Shown here in pieces: positions 11,901-23,371 of a stretch of DNA of 39,912 nt (position 1 is its first letter; every line of letters starts with the position of its first letter). The DNA is taken from assembly GCF_000760515.2 (NCBI RefSeq), contig NW_013546434.1:1-39912 (forward strand), written 5' to 3'. Position numbers and translations under genes: made by a program. Source of the DNA: Mitosporidium daphniae (lineage: Eukaryota). The notes under the pieces were generated by a model. The model searched no databases, was not told the DNA's origin, and worked only from the letters and a program-made list of their open reading frames with translations.

Positions 11901-13563
11901 GCTGCTTATTCATCTAGCAAATATGTATGGCTACGACAAGGCCTCGTTTGAAGAGAGACTTTCGTGGGCCCAAACACACAGAGCTCAAATCGAGTCATCC
12001 GCTGCCGATCCTATCAACGAGCAGTGGTGGATGGCTGCAGAGCATCCATGGCAGACTCTAGCTGCTTGCATCGAGGTTTCCGGTGCTTGGGCACATCCGC
12101 AAGGCCCAGAGGCCTTTGTTACCTCCATCCCTGTGCAGCAAGATGGCTCTTGTAACGGACTACAGCATTATGCTGCTCTTGGACGAGATCCTCTTGGCGC
12201 GCTGCATGTAAATCTTGTGCCCGGATCTCGGCCTGCAGACATTTACTCTGCAGTTGCGACTGCCGTTAGTCAGCGCATTTTTAATGATGCAAAGAGCGAT
12301 TCGGTGGAAAAGCTCCATCTTGATATCCAGCAGCACGCCCATAATGCTACTAATGAAGCCTCTGACCGAGATATAGAAGCTACCGCCATGCCACTTCCAG
12401 GCGGTGTGCCGGCGGCGACGAACACAGGTTCCTCCACAGCTATGTTATCCCGCGCTGAAATTGCGCGATGGATTCTATCACCAGAATCTGGCTTACCTTC
12501 TGCCATTACACGGAAGATTGTCAAGCAAAGCGTGATGACATCAGTGTATGGTGTCACTCTTTATGGTGCTACGCAACAGATATACAAGCGGCTCGTTGAG
12601 GTCGCTGCTCCTCGAACATCGGCTGCGGCTGCAGATTCTAGCGGCGCTCAAGTGCAGGGGAACAATCGGCATATGCGGCAAGCGGCCCGCTACATTGCTT
12701 CACTTGTGTTTTCATCACTTGGAAGCATGTTCGACCGTTCACGCCGCATCCAGGCATGGCTGACAGAGGTGGTCACTCTGGTGACGGCCAGTGTCCCCAG
12801 AGAATGGGTTGCGCGCTACTTTGGGGTCGACACGACACAGGAACTGACAACACTGCCGCCGCGGTCTTTTAACGGGCCCGTTGAAGACATTTTGGCTGGA
12901 AACAAGCGTCCGTTTGCGCCATCCGGCCTGTTGCGTCAGTTTTTAAACACTAAAGAAGGGGATGCTGTTTATCCCAGGACACTGATGGCATGGACCTCGC
13001 CCCTTGGTTTTCCCGTTGTTCAGCCATACCGCGAAGCAGAGAAAGTTGTAGTGCCAACACCCTTGCAGATGGTTACCCTCGATGTGATTCCAGATCACGA
13101 AACTCCTGTTGCCGTTAGACAGCAGATCGCAGCATTTGCGCCCAACTATATTCACTCGCTCGATGCATCGCACATGTTTATGACAGCACGGCGTATAGAG
13201 GCGCACGGGATTGTTTTTGCAGCCGTGCACGACTCGTTCTGGACTCATCCAAAAGATACAGACTTGCTTCATCAAGAGCTGCGTGCAGCTTTTATTGAGT
13301 TGCATTCGCGTCCGCTTCTGCACGAATTGCGCTCTGAGCTCATCGAGCGGTTCGGCAACAACTTGATACCCCTTCAAAAGAGGAAAGTAACCCTGCAGAA
13401 GGAAGAGGCCACGGGCAAGAGCAAGGATAAATCAGCTTCCAAAACAGGAAAGAGAAAGACAGAGACTGGCCCGTGCTGGGCACCCGTAGACATACCCCAG
13501 GTACCGGAACAAGGCTCCTTTGTGCTTGAAGATGTTGTGCATTCACCTTATTTTTTTAACTAG
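8972..13563 (+). CDS. RPO41: Mitochondrial single-subunit (T7-type) RNA polymerase, ~1520 aa, two exons
   Basis: A 29-nt intron (10395-10423) fuses the 483-aa and 1030-aa ORFs in frame. Motifs PMVVPPRPW, HNVDFRGRAYP, QQDGSCNGLQHY (A), RKIVKQSVMTSVYG (B), PNYIHSLDASH, VHDSFWTH (C) and C-terminal YFFN. Confidence 0.95.
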
Positions 13564-14100
13564 ATCCTATTTATTATAAAAAACGGAAGCTAATATCGAT
13601 CCAGCAGTTTATTAATCGTTAGGATCGCACTTTTTGGGGTAGCGAGCTGCTCGCGTAGTGTATTTTTCCTTGGTGTGGCAGGTGCTTGTGGCAACCATTC
13701 AATCTGCTACAAGGATAGCCTCAATTTAAAAGCACAATGTACCAGTACACCGTTATCAACAAGTCTTTTGGTAGCAGCACATTGAGCAAAAGCTCCGATC
13801 CATATTCATTTGGCCTTTATGAACACGGGTTATGGGTTTATTTTGGTGCAGATACCGGCAAAGTTCGGCCGCTTCATTGTAACATTGCTAGCGTTGGACA
13901 CATTGACACAAACTGCATCTTTTCTTTTAACCCCGATATTTAATAGCCTGTGCAATTTTTTATATTGAAATTTAAAATTTCAGTCTAAATTTTAAAATTG
14001 TCGGTGCTATAAATACTCATTGATATTGCAATGTAATTGGTGGCGGCAATTGAGTAGTCCTTATTTAAAATCAGTGATATCTAATTCCACTTGATACTTG

Positions 14101-14737
14101 ATGAAAATACACATGGACCACATCCTTGCGCCAGACATCGCATACATCAATGCTGTGCGGATTTTTTTGCTATGGGCCTTTATCAAGATCTACTATAGGC
14201 GAAGGGTATTGAAAATATCAAAGCGAGTGATAGCAATAGGTACGATTAGAGAGACAAGATTAATGACTTAGCAATTCTTTATAGCGTCATGGATTATCGA
14301 AAGAAAGAGGCATATCGACAACTTTCGCTCTTCAATAAGATAAAGTTCTGGCTGCTACTCAAGAAAATCAATGGCTACTTTGGAAAAACAGAAAAGATGT
14401 TTCTAAGCTCGTACATCTTAATAGCAAACAGGCTCATTACCGAGAACAAAAGAAGCCAATTTGATGAGAAAGAAGGCCTGTTCATCTCTCCAAAGATCAC
14501 CAATGTCCTTTGCGAATTTTTTCCGGCCATCTTCAAGTTCGATGTTTGCCAGTTCGAAAGCGATCCAAAATCAATGACCAAATTCAGGAAAGCAATTCTA
14601 GAAAAAATAAGCTACCAAATTGATCTCTTGCCAGGTAATATGAATATGTCATTGTTTATGATTTAGAACCTGGAATGGCCAAATTAATGCTTGTGCTGAA
14701 AACCGAAATCGAAGAGCAGATTGAAATTAGCATTTAA
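14101..14737 (+). CDS. Hypothetical protein, three exons
   Basis: ATG 14101; 32-nt introns 14240-14271 and 14635-14666 both preserve frame around ORF 14289-14666; stop TAA 14735-14737. Confidence 0.55.
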
Positions 14738-14799
14738 AAAATAATTTTCAAAGGATAACAATCGTATTTTTATAAATTAATTTTTTAATTCTCTTCACA

Positions 14800-15577
14800 A
14801 TGGCTACCATAAAGTGTAGGTATTTTATCGCTGGTAGCTGCAAGTTTGGGGATCAATGTCGGTTTTTACACGCTTCAGATAACCAGCGCACGGTGCAAAC
14901 CAACGAGATGGTCGAGGATATAGCAGAAGGCCCCGTTTGGCCATTTTCCAGCTACAAGGATTATTCTAGCGGGAACCGATATTTCGACGACCTTTCTCCA
15001 GAAGAAGTTATCCTGGAAGGTCGAAAATCCGGCTCTAATTATCAGGGTTTTGTATGTGAGCAATTTTTTACTTCCATGCTAGGTTAGCACCGTCACTTCC
15101 CACGCAGCTAAGGCTCTTGAAGCAAGAAGGAATATTGTTTCCTCGATACAAAGAGCCTCAGGCTCCCCGGCGTTTCCTGTCACTGGCGCGCCTTTACTTT
15201 CCGCCAATTTGTTTACGCCTATTTCGAAGAGTAACCCATTCAGTAAAAGTTCGTCGTCAAGTTCTACTGGCTTTGTGATGGGAATGACAGCACCTGAGAA
15301 TAACACCATCTCTTTCGGTGCGACTCGCGCAGAATCCAATTCAACTCCATTTAAAATTGAACCGGGAAATTCTGTTCACTCTCAAAACATGAACCACTTG
15401 TGTTTTAGTAAAAATCCTGGGGAAACCATTTCGGCATCAAAAGAAGAGTATTTTGAAGGAAGGATCTTTGCTCTTTTGGGAAAAGTCCCTTCAGAAATCG
15501 TTGAAAGAGATTGTTCAAAGTACGATTCTAGCCCATGGATTTTGGGCCATCTTCCCGAGCTGCCCCCGCCGATTTAG
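14800..15577 (+). CDS. CCCH zinc-finger nucleoporin NUP42/NUPL2/Amo1-like, two exons
   Basis: N-terminal CRYFIAGSCKFGDQCRFLH, the WPFSSY and DLSPEE motifs, and C-terminal LGHLPELPPP (Gle1-binding-type motif). A 31-nt intron (15052-15082) keeps frame. Confidence 0.7.
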
Positions 15578-15681
15578 CTTCACAATCTAGCTACTACATA
15601 TGCTTTGAATATGGCAACCAAGCCAGGATCTATTCGTTCGCGTTCTTGGCCCCTTCTCCTTGGATGGGTCTGTTTTCTCAC

Positions 15682-16506
15682 TCAACGAGTCAGAAAATTC
15701 CATATTTCATTGAAAAATTGATTCACTTTTCCGTTTTCGGCTGCCACAATTAGTAGTATATTCACCCAAAGATACATTTGAATTCCAAAGATTACCAATT
15801 TGCACAGTAAATAGGCCACCAAAGAAGTTTGCTCATCCACGTTGGAAAATAAATTGTTGAAAATATCAGTTGCTTTTAAGATTGCATTGTGGCTCAAAGA
15901 CAACTGGTGTTTTCTACTTGTGGTGCAGTCAAAGACCTCAATGTGCAGTAATGGAATCCCAAAGTGCGGATTTGTTATCATATACCTTTTGTTATCAACG
16001 TACTCGTCAAGTTTCATTGACGTTGGATTATATTGATACACCGAATTTACCCTGACGTCTCTTTCCTCAAGTAGTTTTAACAGAAGAGATGCATATTTAC
16101 TAGCCCAGGAATTGAAACGAATCCCCTCGATAACGGTTCGCTGCATTGTTTGAATTTGTGAGCTACCGGCTCCTCCTAAGACTTGTAAAGCAGTTTGTTC
16201 AACTTCGATCTTAAAGAAAAGCATTGAATTGACACCTTGAGAAAATATCACCTTTACATGCGGACTATCCTGCGCGTTTGAAGCGTGCGGCAGCGACGGG
16301 AAATAGTATAGCTGTTTCCATTCCATGTTTTGCATAACGGCTTTCTGGTCAAATACACAATCATGTTCAAAAACTAAAATTGGCAATTTGGTAGAATCTG
16401 CAGCACACTTGGCAGATAAAAAAATAAGGATTCCCGGAAAACTTAATAGGAAGCGATAGCTTATCATAAAGTAAAAGGCGATACCTTTTGTGGCAATTTT
16501 GTCCAA
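15682..16506 (-). CDS. Hypothetical protein with signal-peptide-like N-terminus (start and 3' exon structure uncertain)
   Basis: 274-codon ORF with hydrophobic MISYRFLLSFPGILIFLSAKCAA near the start. No recognised domain. Confidence 0.55.
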   Translation of the reverse strand: MDKIATKGIAFYFMISYRFLLSFPGILIFLSAKCAADSTKLPILVFEHDCVFDQKAVMQNMEWKQLYYFPSLPHASNAQDSPHVKVIFSQGVNSMLFFKIEVEQTALQVLGGAGSSQIQTMQRTVIEGIRFNSWASKYASLLLKLLEERDVRVNSVYQYNPTSMKLDEYVDNKRYMITNPHFGIPLLHIEVFDCTTSRKHQLSLSHNAILKATDIFNNLFSNVDEQTSLVAYLLCKLVIFGIQMYLWVNILLIVAAENGKVNQFFNEIWNFLTR

Positions 16507-16551
16507 ATAATTTATTTTAACAAATCAAAATTCGATAAAAATCTAAAAATT

Positions 16552-16623
16552 GGGCGTCTACGAGAATCGAACTCGTGACCTCTCGCACCCGAAGCGAGAA
16601 TTCTACCACTGAACTAAGACGCC
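16552..16623 (-). tRNA. tRNA-Pro (anticodon CGG), intronless
   Basis: Reverse complement GGCGTCTTAGTTCAGTGGTAGAATTCTCGCTTCGGGTGCGAGAGGTCACGAGTTCGATTCTCGTAGACGCCC: 7-bp acceptor stem, anticodon stem CTCGC/GCGAG around TTCGGGT, GTTCGA T-loop, and a downstream T-tract. Confidence 0.95.
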
Positions 16624-16776
16624 ACCCGAAAATTGTCAAAATTAAATATTATATTCTATATTGAGTACCAAACATCCTGATTGGTTGCATATCCTTTTTT
16701 TTTCCACCAACCTTTGGTTATTCCCTAAATTTAACATGATGTAAACACTTGAGCTTATTATTGCAATTCTTGTACT

Positions 16777-18699
16777 ATGAATAGTTCTGCATCACCTTAT
16801 AGTGATATGAAATGTAGAATATGTTATCTCAGCACCCATGCATCGTGCAGTTCCTCTCCTTTACAGAAAGAGCCCACTTCAAAAAGATCAATTGCATGCT
16901 TTTTCCTTGGGATCATTGCTAGGCTATTTAGGTCATTTTCTTTGGCAGTTTTAAAAATATCTGTTATTTTAAAAGGTTCTCCTGTTATCCCTCTCGACGA
17001 AAGCTTCGAAATCGATGAAAATATTGAGGTCCAGCCGGGAAATGAGCTGATTTCGCCGTGTTCCTGCATAGGGTCGGTTAAATGGGTGCATCGAGCCTGT
17101 ATTAATCAATGGCGATATTCTCAGTTTTCAAATTTGATAACAAAATTCAGTCAATCGTTAATATTTGATTCAAGCATGCTTAGAAATAGGAATTCCCTCC
17201 CTATGGAAGAGGAGGAGGCTGTAAAATCGTGTCTGCAATGGGTAGGATGGGCAGAGTGTCTTCGACTTAAACGAGTAGTTTTGGAGAGCTTTTCAAAATT
17301 TATCCCAGATGTCGAGTATTCATCATTGAAGGCATCAGCGGCTAACTGGTTTGCATTGTCTCCGGATAGCAATATCCCTTCCATTGCTTATTTTAGCTCG
17401 GATTCGATTGTTCTGCTTAGAGATGCAATTCTTTCTATTTTTGGATTGGATAATCTAACGGAGCCGCTTATCGATGTGGATGCTGTTCTGAGATATTTCC
17501 TGCTAAGTACGGATTCTATGGATTCATCGACTCCATACCAATCTCATATTTCTGGACACTCCAGAAACCCTGTAAAAAGGCATCCATTTTTGAATTGTGA
17601 CCTTTGCAGAGCCCCGTATACCTTTGCACCAACGGTATGTTCTGCTACGACAACCCCTGAAGCACCAAGCTGCAGTGTGCCTTCCTGTTCAAAAAAGACA
17701 AAAAGGTCCACGCGATGGTCGTTTTTTAACTATCTCGGGTTCTTCCTCTCGGTTATTTTTGTATTTTCTATGATATCCACACTCTCCAAGGTTGCGTCTC
17801 ATTTTCTTCCAAATGCCTCGCATCATCAAACCATGCACTTTGTGCATGTAAAAACCATTACTTATGAACACTATTTGAAAGACATATTTTGTTGCATCGA
17901 AGAACTGGTATCTCTTTTTCTTAGCGAGTTTACCTTGGATTCCAGCATTTCCTATGGAAATTTTTATTATGGGGCGAATTTATCGACCTATATTTCCAAC
18001 GAGTCTCCATCTCCAAAGTTCCACAAAATCGAACCTTCAAATATTTCCGCAAATAGCCTTTTCGCACCCATTATTTGCTCGAAAAATAATTCCAATCACA
18101 ATGAGAGATATTTTTTCGGTGAAGACCTGTTCAGCGGTGATAAATATTGTGACGAAACTTACAGCGATACTTACGGAGGCGATCAGGATGATTTTTTCAT
18201 CCAATCTGTTCTCCAGCTGATTGTGCTCTTATTCCGAGGCTTGATGCTTGTCGTTTGTGGTCCGCCGCTTGTTGCGTTTCTTTTGTGTAGAATCTTGACG
18301 GTTGTTTTACCCTTTGCCTCCATGGCTCTTTTATTATCTCTCCAAGGCCTTTCCTTGCTTTCGCTGTTTTTCATCGCGAAGGACTACCAGCTGTCCTCAG
18401 TCGTTCTTGCCAACATGTTGATCTCAATTTCTTTCCCGACATCCAATATTTTCGTCATCGTGGTTGGTCTTGTTACTAGCATTGTTGGCTTGACCAACTT
18501 GCTCTATCTCCTGATATTGATTTCAGACTCCTTTGGAGAGGTAGTAGTTACAAGTCACAAAAAAAACGAAACTGATAAGCGGGACAATTACTTGGCCAAT
18601 CGATTTTATTGGAATATTCAAACGCAATTTTCCGGTTCGAAAGAAAATCCTCCATGCGAGCCCATTAAATCTGCAACGGGCGTGGCCCTTTCATTGTAG
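16777..18699 (+). CDS. MARCH-type RING-variant (C4HC3) transmembrane E3 ubiquitin ligase
   Basis: CRIC ... ELISPCSCIGSVKWVHRACINQW ... CDLCRAPY, followed by several hydrophobic transmembrane-like segments. Confidence 0.75.
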   Translation: MNSSASPYSDMKCRICYLSTHASCSSSPLQKEPTSKRSIACFFLGIIARLFRSFSLAVLKISVILKGSPVIPLDESFEIDENIEVQPGNELISPCSCIGSVKWVHRACINQWRYSQFSNLITKFSQSLIFDSSMLRNRNSLPMEEEEAVKSCLQWVGWAECLRLKRVVLESFSKFIPDVEYSSLKASAANWFALSPDSNIPSIAYFSSDSIVLLRDAILSIFGLDNLTEPLIDVDAVLRYFLLSTDSMDSSTPYQSHISGHSRNPVKRHPFLNCDLCRAPYTFAPTVCSATTTPEAPSCSVPSCSKKTKRSTRWSFFNYLGFFLSVIFVFSMISTLSKVASHFLPNASHHQTMHFVHVKTITYEHYLKDIFCCIEELVSLFLSEFTLDSSISYGNFYYGANLSTYISNESPSPKFHKIEPSNISANSLFAPIICSKNNSNHNERYFFGEDLFSGDKYCDETYSDTYGGDQDDFFIQSVLQLIVLLFRGLMLVVCGPPLVAFLLCRILTVVLPFASMALLLSLQGLSLLSLFFIAKDYQLSSVVLANMLISISFPTSNIFVIVVGLVTSIVGLTNLLYLLILISDSFGEVVVTSHKKNETDKRDNYLANRFYWNIQTQFSGSKENPPCEPIKSATGVALSL

Positions 18700-19691
18700 T
18701 ATTGTTCCAGTTTCCCTTGAAGAACGCTTATTAGCGGATGCGGGTGGCTTTTTACTGCCGAAAAGAGGACGTTCGCTGTTAATTCATCGTAAAGCCCAAT
18801 GACAGGCATAATTCTTCGTGTAGAGCCTTCGGTAAGGACAATAAAGTTCATGGATTACTTGTGATGAAAGCTGCCGTGCAATTTGAAATCAAATTCGAAA
18901 GGGTGCAGCCGGAATGATCAACCGGCATTCCAAGAGATGCACAAATTTCCTCAATTGCCAGCTGTGTAGTTCCTGTCAAAACACTTTCTCTTGGCGCTGC
19001 GAGGATTGTCGAATCCCTTGTGATTGCATAAAAGTTGCTAGAAAGCCCCTCCAATAAAAGCACATCATCATCCTAACGACAAGGAAACACAAACAGATAT
19101 ACTTTTTTTTTCGTAAGAATGGCCTCCGTAACCCTTGGAGTCAATTGCTTTAACTCGTTCTCTCTCTTCCTAGCAGGTGAAAATGCAGCTTGTCTACTGC
19201 ATCCAGTTACAGGCTTTGATTTTTGGATCTTGGCGAGATAATTCAGCACATGATGCCAGCTTTACAAATGTCCCCTGCGCCGAAAAAGTGTCCTTTTCGA
19301 GGAGATAGCATTTTATTGAACAGGAATTACCGCCTCCAAGCGAAATAACTATCTTTAAATCGTGTCCCTTCAGCCCCGGCTCTTCCAAGCAGTGCGAAAC
19401 AAGTGCCGACAGAAGGGATTCATTCCATGCAATTTTTTCTGAAAATGACGACACCGCGGTGGATGATAAGGACGACGATGAATAGACTAAAATATCACAG
19501 AGGATAAAAACTTAATCTTGCACAGTGTTCCTTTCACATTGGGATTTTCTCTCCATTCTTTATGGTGTGCAGCGTGGTGTAGACACCATCCTAAAAAAAG
19601 AAAAAATCCAAACTTCATTGTCGGGGTCTATATTTGGGGCGAGTAAAACCTTTTTACCGAAAATGGAATATCTGAATTGGAGCAGCAACAT
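18618..19691 (-). pseudogene. Class IV (D-amino-acid/branched-chain type) PLP aminotransferase-like gene with one in-frame TGA
   Basis: ATG 19691; introns 19591-19613, 19487-19511, 19170-19197, 19073-19102 and 18827-18858 all keep frame. Motifs GVYTT, HCARL, RQDPKIK, EAIL...EGLSSNF, VLTGTT, AFITSSTRRIMPV. In-frame TGA at 19534-19536; functional status unknown. Confidence 0.7.
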
Positions 19692-19749
19692 TTAAAAGGT
19701 AAAGTGGGTGCCTTTTCTTCTGGATTGCAGTAAAAATTAACTCGGACCA

Positions 19750-21110
19750 ATTGGGGATCGGTCTCACTTTTAACTATTTTCGTTTATTGTGGATCCGGAT
19801 CTTGTTTAACGTGTGGATCAAAGTGATACCGCCAATTAATGGTATCAACTTGACCACCCATAGTTTAAACTCTCCATTAAGAAAAGGGCACATGGAATCT
19901 CTTCAGATCAAATTGAGGACCCCTTATGCACTCGAGATGATTTTTGACAGCGATGGATATTTGGACCCGATTCCCTTGACCAACTGTAAATAAAAATGTT
20001 CCCTTCCCAACGCAAGCACCAAAAAACCTATAATTTCGTCTAAAAACACAGAAGAAGCAATAAATCCTTCTCGGCACACCTTGAGCCAATAATGACAGCT
20101 ATGTTTTCTCAAAAAAGAATGGAAAATCTCCACGAAAATTAAGCGGGGAGGTACACGAAACTTTCACCGCTTGAAGGAAGGGCTCAATAAGCTACGAAGC
20201 GACAATTAGATTCAAAGCTTCGATGGCAAGGTTATCTGCAGGCATTAAAATAAACAATGCATCGAGCGAGTAACACTCGACGAGCAGATAGAAAATCTAG
20301 CGCAAAGACTCGCGAATAAATCCAACAAATAAAGAGGCCAATGTTCCCCCATTAGTGGATTCGGTGCAAAGCGGACGAGGACGGCCACAAGAAAGAGTTG
20401 CACCAAATCTTCTGATCGTTAGAGACTTCATCTGCAAGCTTGAAATGCGAGGCTTTAGGCCAAAATGTTTTATTGGACAGGGTATTTAAATCCGGACATC
20501 TCTTTTGAGTCCTTGGATGATAGAAACGAGATCATTGTGGATTTTTTGTATCCGCCAGATGTGATTTGATTATTACGTCACTTAATTCTAGTTGGTCGGA
20601 ACTGGCCATCTTCCTCTTCATGTGTGGATGGAAATTCCTTCGGCCGTTGCTGATATTCAATGAACTGCCTTCCCAATTTGCCAGAAAGTTTCTGCACTTT
20701 ATCAGCCGTATTCAGCTTCAAGAAATGAGAACGGTCTTTGTAAACAAAAAAATATCGATTGCCCGAATCTTTGCAAAAACCGATTGAAGAATGGTTCCGC
20801 CCTATAAAATTTGGCGCGTCCAGAGAATATTCTTTACCTCAAATAAGGTTCAAAGTACGACTTTGCTATTCAAATCGTGAATCTCCAAATTCCTGGCCGA
20901 GCATCTGCTCAAAGTCAGCATCTATTTTATCAGAAAATGTCTCGAGGTCATGAGGGTAAATTCTGCATGCCTTCTCAGTGTTTTCATCCGGTATATTTAT
21001 TAAGGAGCTCGGTGCGATAAACATACACAATCCGATACTGGAAATGGATATCTTTTCATAAAAGGCTTCTTCCAAATGGTGCGAAGACTAGTTTTAGTTA
21101 TCAGGCACCA
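19750..21110 (-). pseudogene. Probable decayed gene (fragmented coding-like frames)
   Basis: About 1.4 kb with no intact ORF in an otherwise saturated genome. One minus frame reads for about 200 codons through isolated stops (TAG 20866-20868, TGA 20839-20841). Confidence 0.35.
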
Positions 21111-21219
21111 TCCTGATCTCAATGCTCCGGCTGATGATCTTTAAGCGGTAATGACAATAGTTGGCATCTGATGCCCCCTCCCATGAAGCGTCGTAGAATT
21201 CGAATTTCAAATGAAAATT

Positions 21220-23371
21220 TTATATATTCCAAGTGCAGTCCTCTGGTAATAGAAAGCATTCCTTGCCCCCAGGCAACGCCTTTATCCCAAGACCCCTTGA
21301 AGCAAACCCCCTCCAAAGGGAACATCTGAACAGTTGTTTGTACCTTAGCTTTTCAGCTGCCAGAATTGCATCTCGGGCATCCACAAATGTTGGCCAACAA
21401 GGCTGTAGCTTCATTCCTTCGATCAGCAATCCGAGCATTATGTCATTTGGCCCCTTAGGCTGAGATTTCTTCCCATCATCCCAAAATGGATTGTGGGCAG
21501 TAAACTGACAATCTTCGATGAGAGACCAATAGACGTCATATAGGGTTTGAGCCCATACTTCCCCTATGGCATGAATGCCCCGCATCTCTTTTCGGATTGA
21601 AGAGTAGGTTATCGAGTCTATGAAAGAGCAGGACAACTTACTATTCATGCCGTATGGATGTGTCCTTATGCCTTTGATGTTGGAGGATGTTTCTCCGTTT
21701 GAATATTCTCCGATTCCGAATGAAGCATCCCTAGGTGTGCTGCCATTTATTCGAAGCAAGATGGAAAAAAAATCTCCCCAACCTTAAACAATAAGCCTTG
21801 ACCCCAAATTTACCTTCTCCCATACCCCCTGCTTCTCCAAACGATAAACAGTCTGCATTAGAGGGGCCACCTAAATCAATATGACTTTGGCCCACCTGTG
21901 AGTCTGGACGTGAGGCCATGCACATATTCATGAACTATAATGCAGCTTTCCAGGCCGCCATCGCGTGCTGGTCTATTTTTGGACCATAGAAACAATCTCA
22001 TGCGCCCATGTTGGCCGTCAGGCGGCGACATAAAACTGGCATTGCTATCCTAGAAAAAGATCAAGGCGTCAGCATACCCCAGAACCATCTTGGACGTCCG
22101 CAATGATGGCGTCAAATCCCTTTCCGCCGCGTAAAAAGTTTTTGTTTTGAAAGTTTCCAGCAGGCTCGTCAAATCCATACGTGTATAGTATGTCATGGAG
22201 GAGATTGATCCAATAAAATACATTTGAAATCGAAGAGTTTACATACGAATATGGGTCGCTCCAATCAGAAATGGGATAGATAAAGGCGGATTCCGGTGAA
22301 ACTGGCCGTTTATTGGAAACCCAATAATCGCTACCAAAATGATTTTCTTGGGCAAAAACATTATTTCCGATGGTCGAGTTTGTCGAATGGCCCTTCTTAT
22401 CGATGGAATTCCATCCCATTGGAGATNCCGTTCTTGAAAAATGGGCCTGAACATGTGGTAGGCGGCCCTTCAGAGGGACTATCAATTCCAAGTGGGTAAA
22501 CCAAATATTTTGAGTTACTTTGCTCTGGCGAAAAGTGCGAAAGGCCGGAATCGGAAGAAAAAGTGAACGATTTTAACCAGTTGTTGAGGGAGAGGATCAG
22601 AGGCTTACCAGAACCCTTTTGAATAGTCACAATTCCAACAATGACATCGAGGCTATCGCCAATGGTAATTTCGAATTTCCACGTAGGCAAAAGGGCATCC
22701 TGGGATGCATGGTAAAACCAAGATGCAGTGGCTCTTATTGGAAATTTATAAAAGGAATGATTTCCAAGGCCAAGCGTATATTCCACAGAGGAGAGCTGAA
22801 TATGCTGCAATTCATCGATGTCAATCAGAGGAAACTTTAAAAATGAAACCAGCTTTCCAAGGCATTTTGAGACAGAAATATTGAAAGAATCAGCCTTAGA
22901 TGTGAAGCAATAAATGCTCGAACTATATGCAACGATGCTTACATTTAAAGCCATCGAAGGAAGCCGTTGCGGTGCCGAGAAATGAGCACTAAACAAAGCA
23001 TTTAAAACAGGTTTTCCCAAATGAAGTTGGCGAAGATATACATGAGAAAGCGAATCACCCTCCGACTTGTATGAATCTGTCACTTCAAAGCTTATTGTGG
23101 CATCTATAACACGGGTAGTGTTATAGCACCTGGAGCAAATGGCTTTTGCGGCGTTGATAGCCATATCTTCGATTGAAAAATCGGCCGAAACATCGGCAAA
23201 CTGATGTAGGGGCACACAATTATCAGATTTCTTGTTTTCTTGAGAAAAAGTCCAAAATAACCGCGCATGCGGATGGTAATAATGGCTAATGCCAATGGAG
23301 ACCGGAAATAGCGCATGACAAAGAGACGAGCAAAGTTCGGCCGCCAACAAGAATGTCAAGAGCAAATGCAT
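21220..23371 (-). CDS. Secreted M36 (fungalysin) metalloprotease with FTP propeptide
   Basis: Signal peptide; FTP-like SHVYLRQ; SPMGW, TIGNNV, YGFDEPAGNFQ, QDGSG, PPDGQ.GRMR, HEYVHGLTSRLTGG, GGMGEGWGD, HAIGEVWA, GMKLQPC.PTFVDARDAIL, FASRGLG. Introns 22050-22077, 21871-21895, 21783-21813. The apparent frameshift coincides with the ambiguous N at 22427. Confidence 0.93.

Noticed and set aside
10471..13563. Prophage or linear-plasmid T7-like RNA polymerase
   Set aside because: Joined by a spliceosomal intron to a long N-terminal exon, has mitochondrial-type motifs, and has no neighbouring viral genes.
13600..13960. Small spliced gene between RPO41 and the 14101 gene
   Set aside because: Splice-like sites exist on the minus strand, but I could not build a convincing stop-free model.
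22427..22427. Frameshift or pseudogene in fungalysin
   Set aside because: The shift sits exactly at an ambiguous N. Removing it gives an in-frame NGSPMGW, so it is most likely an assembly artefact.
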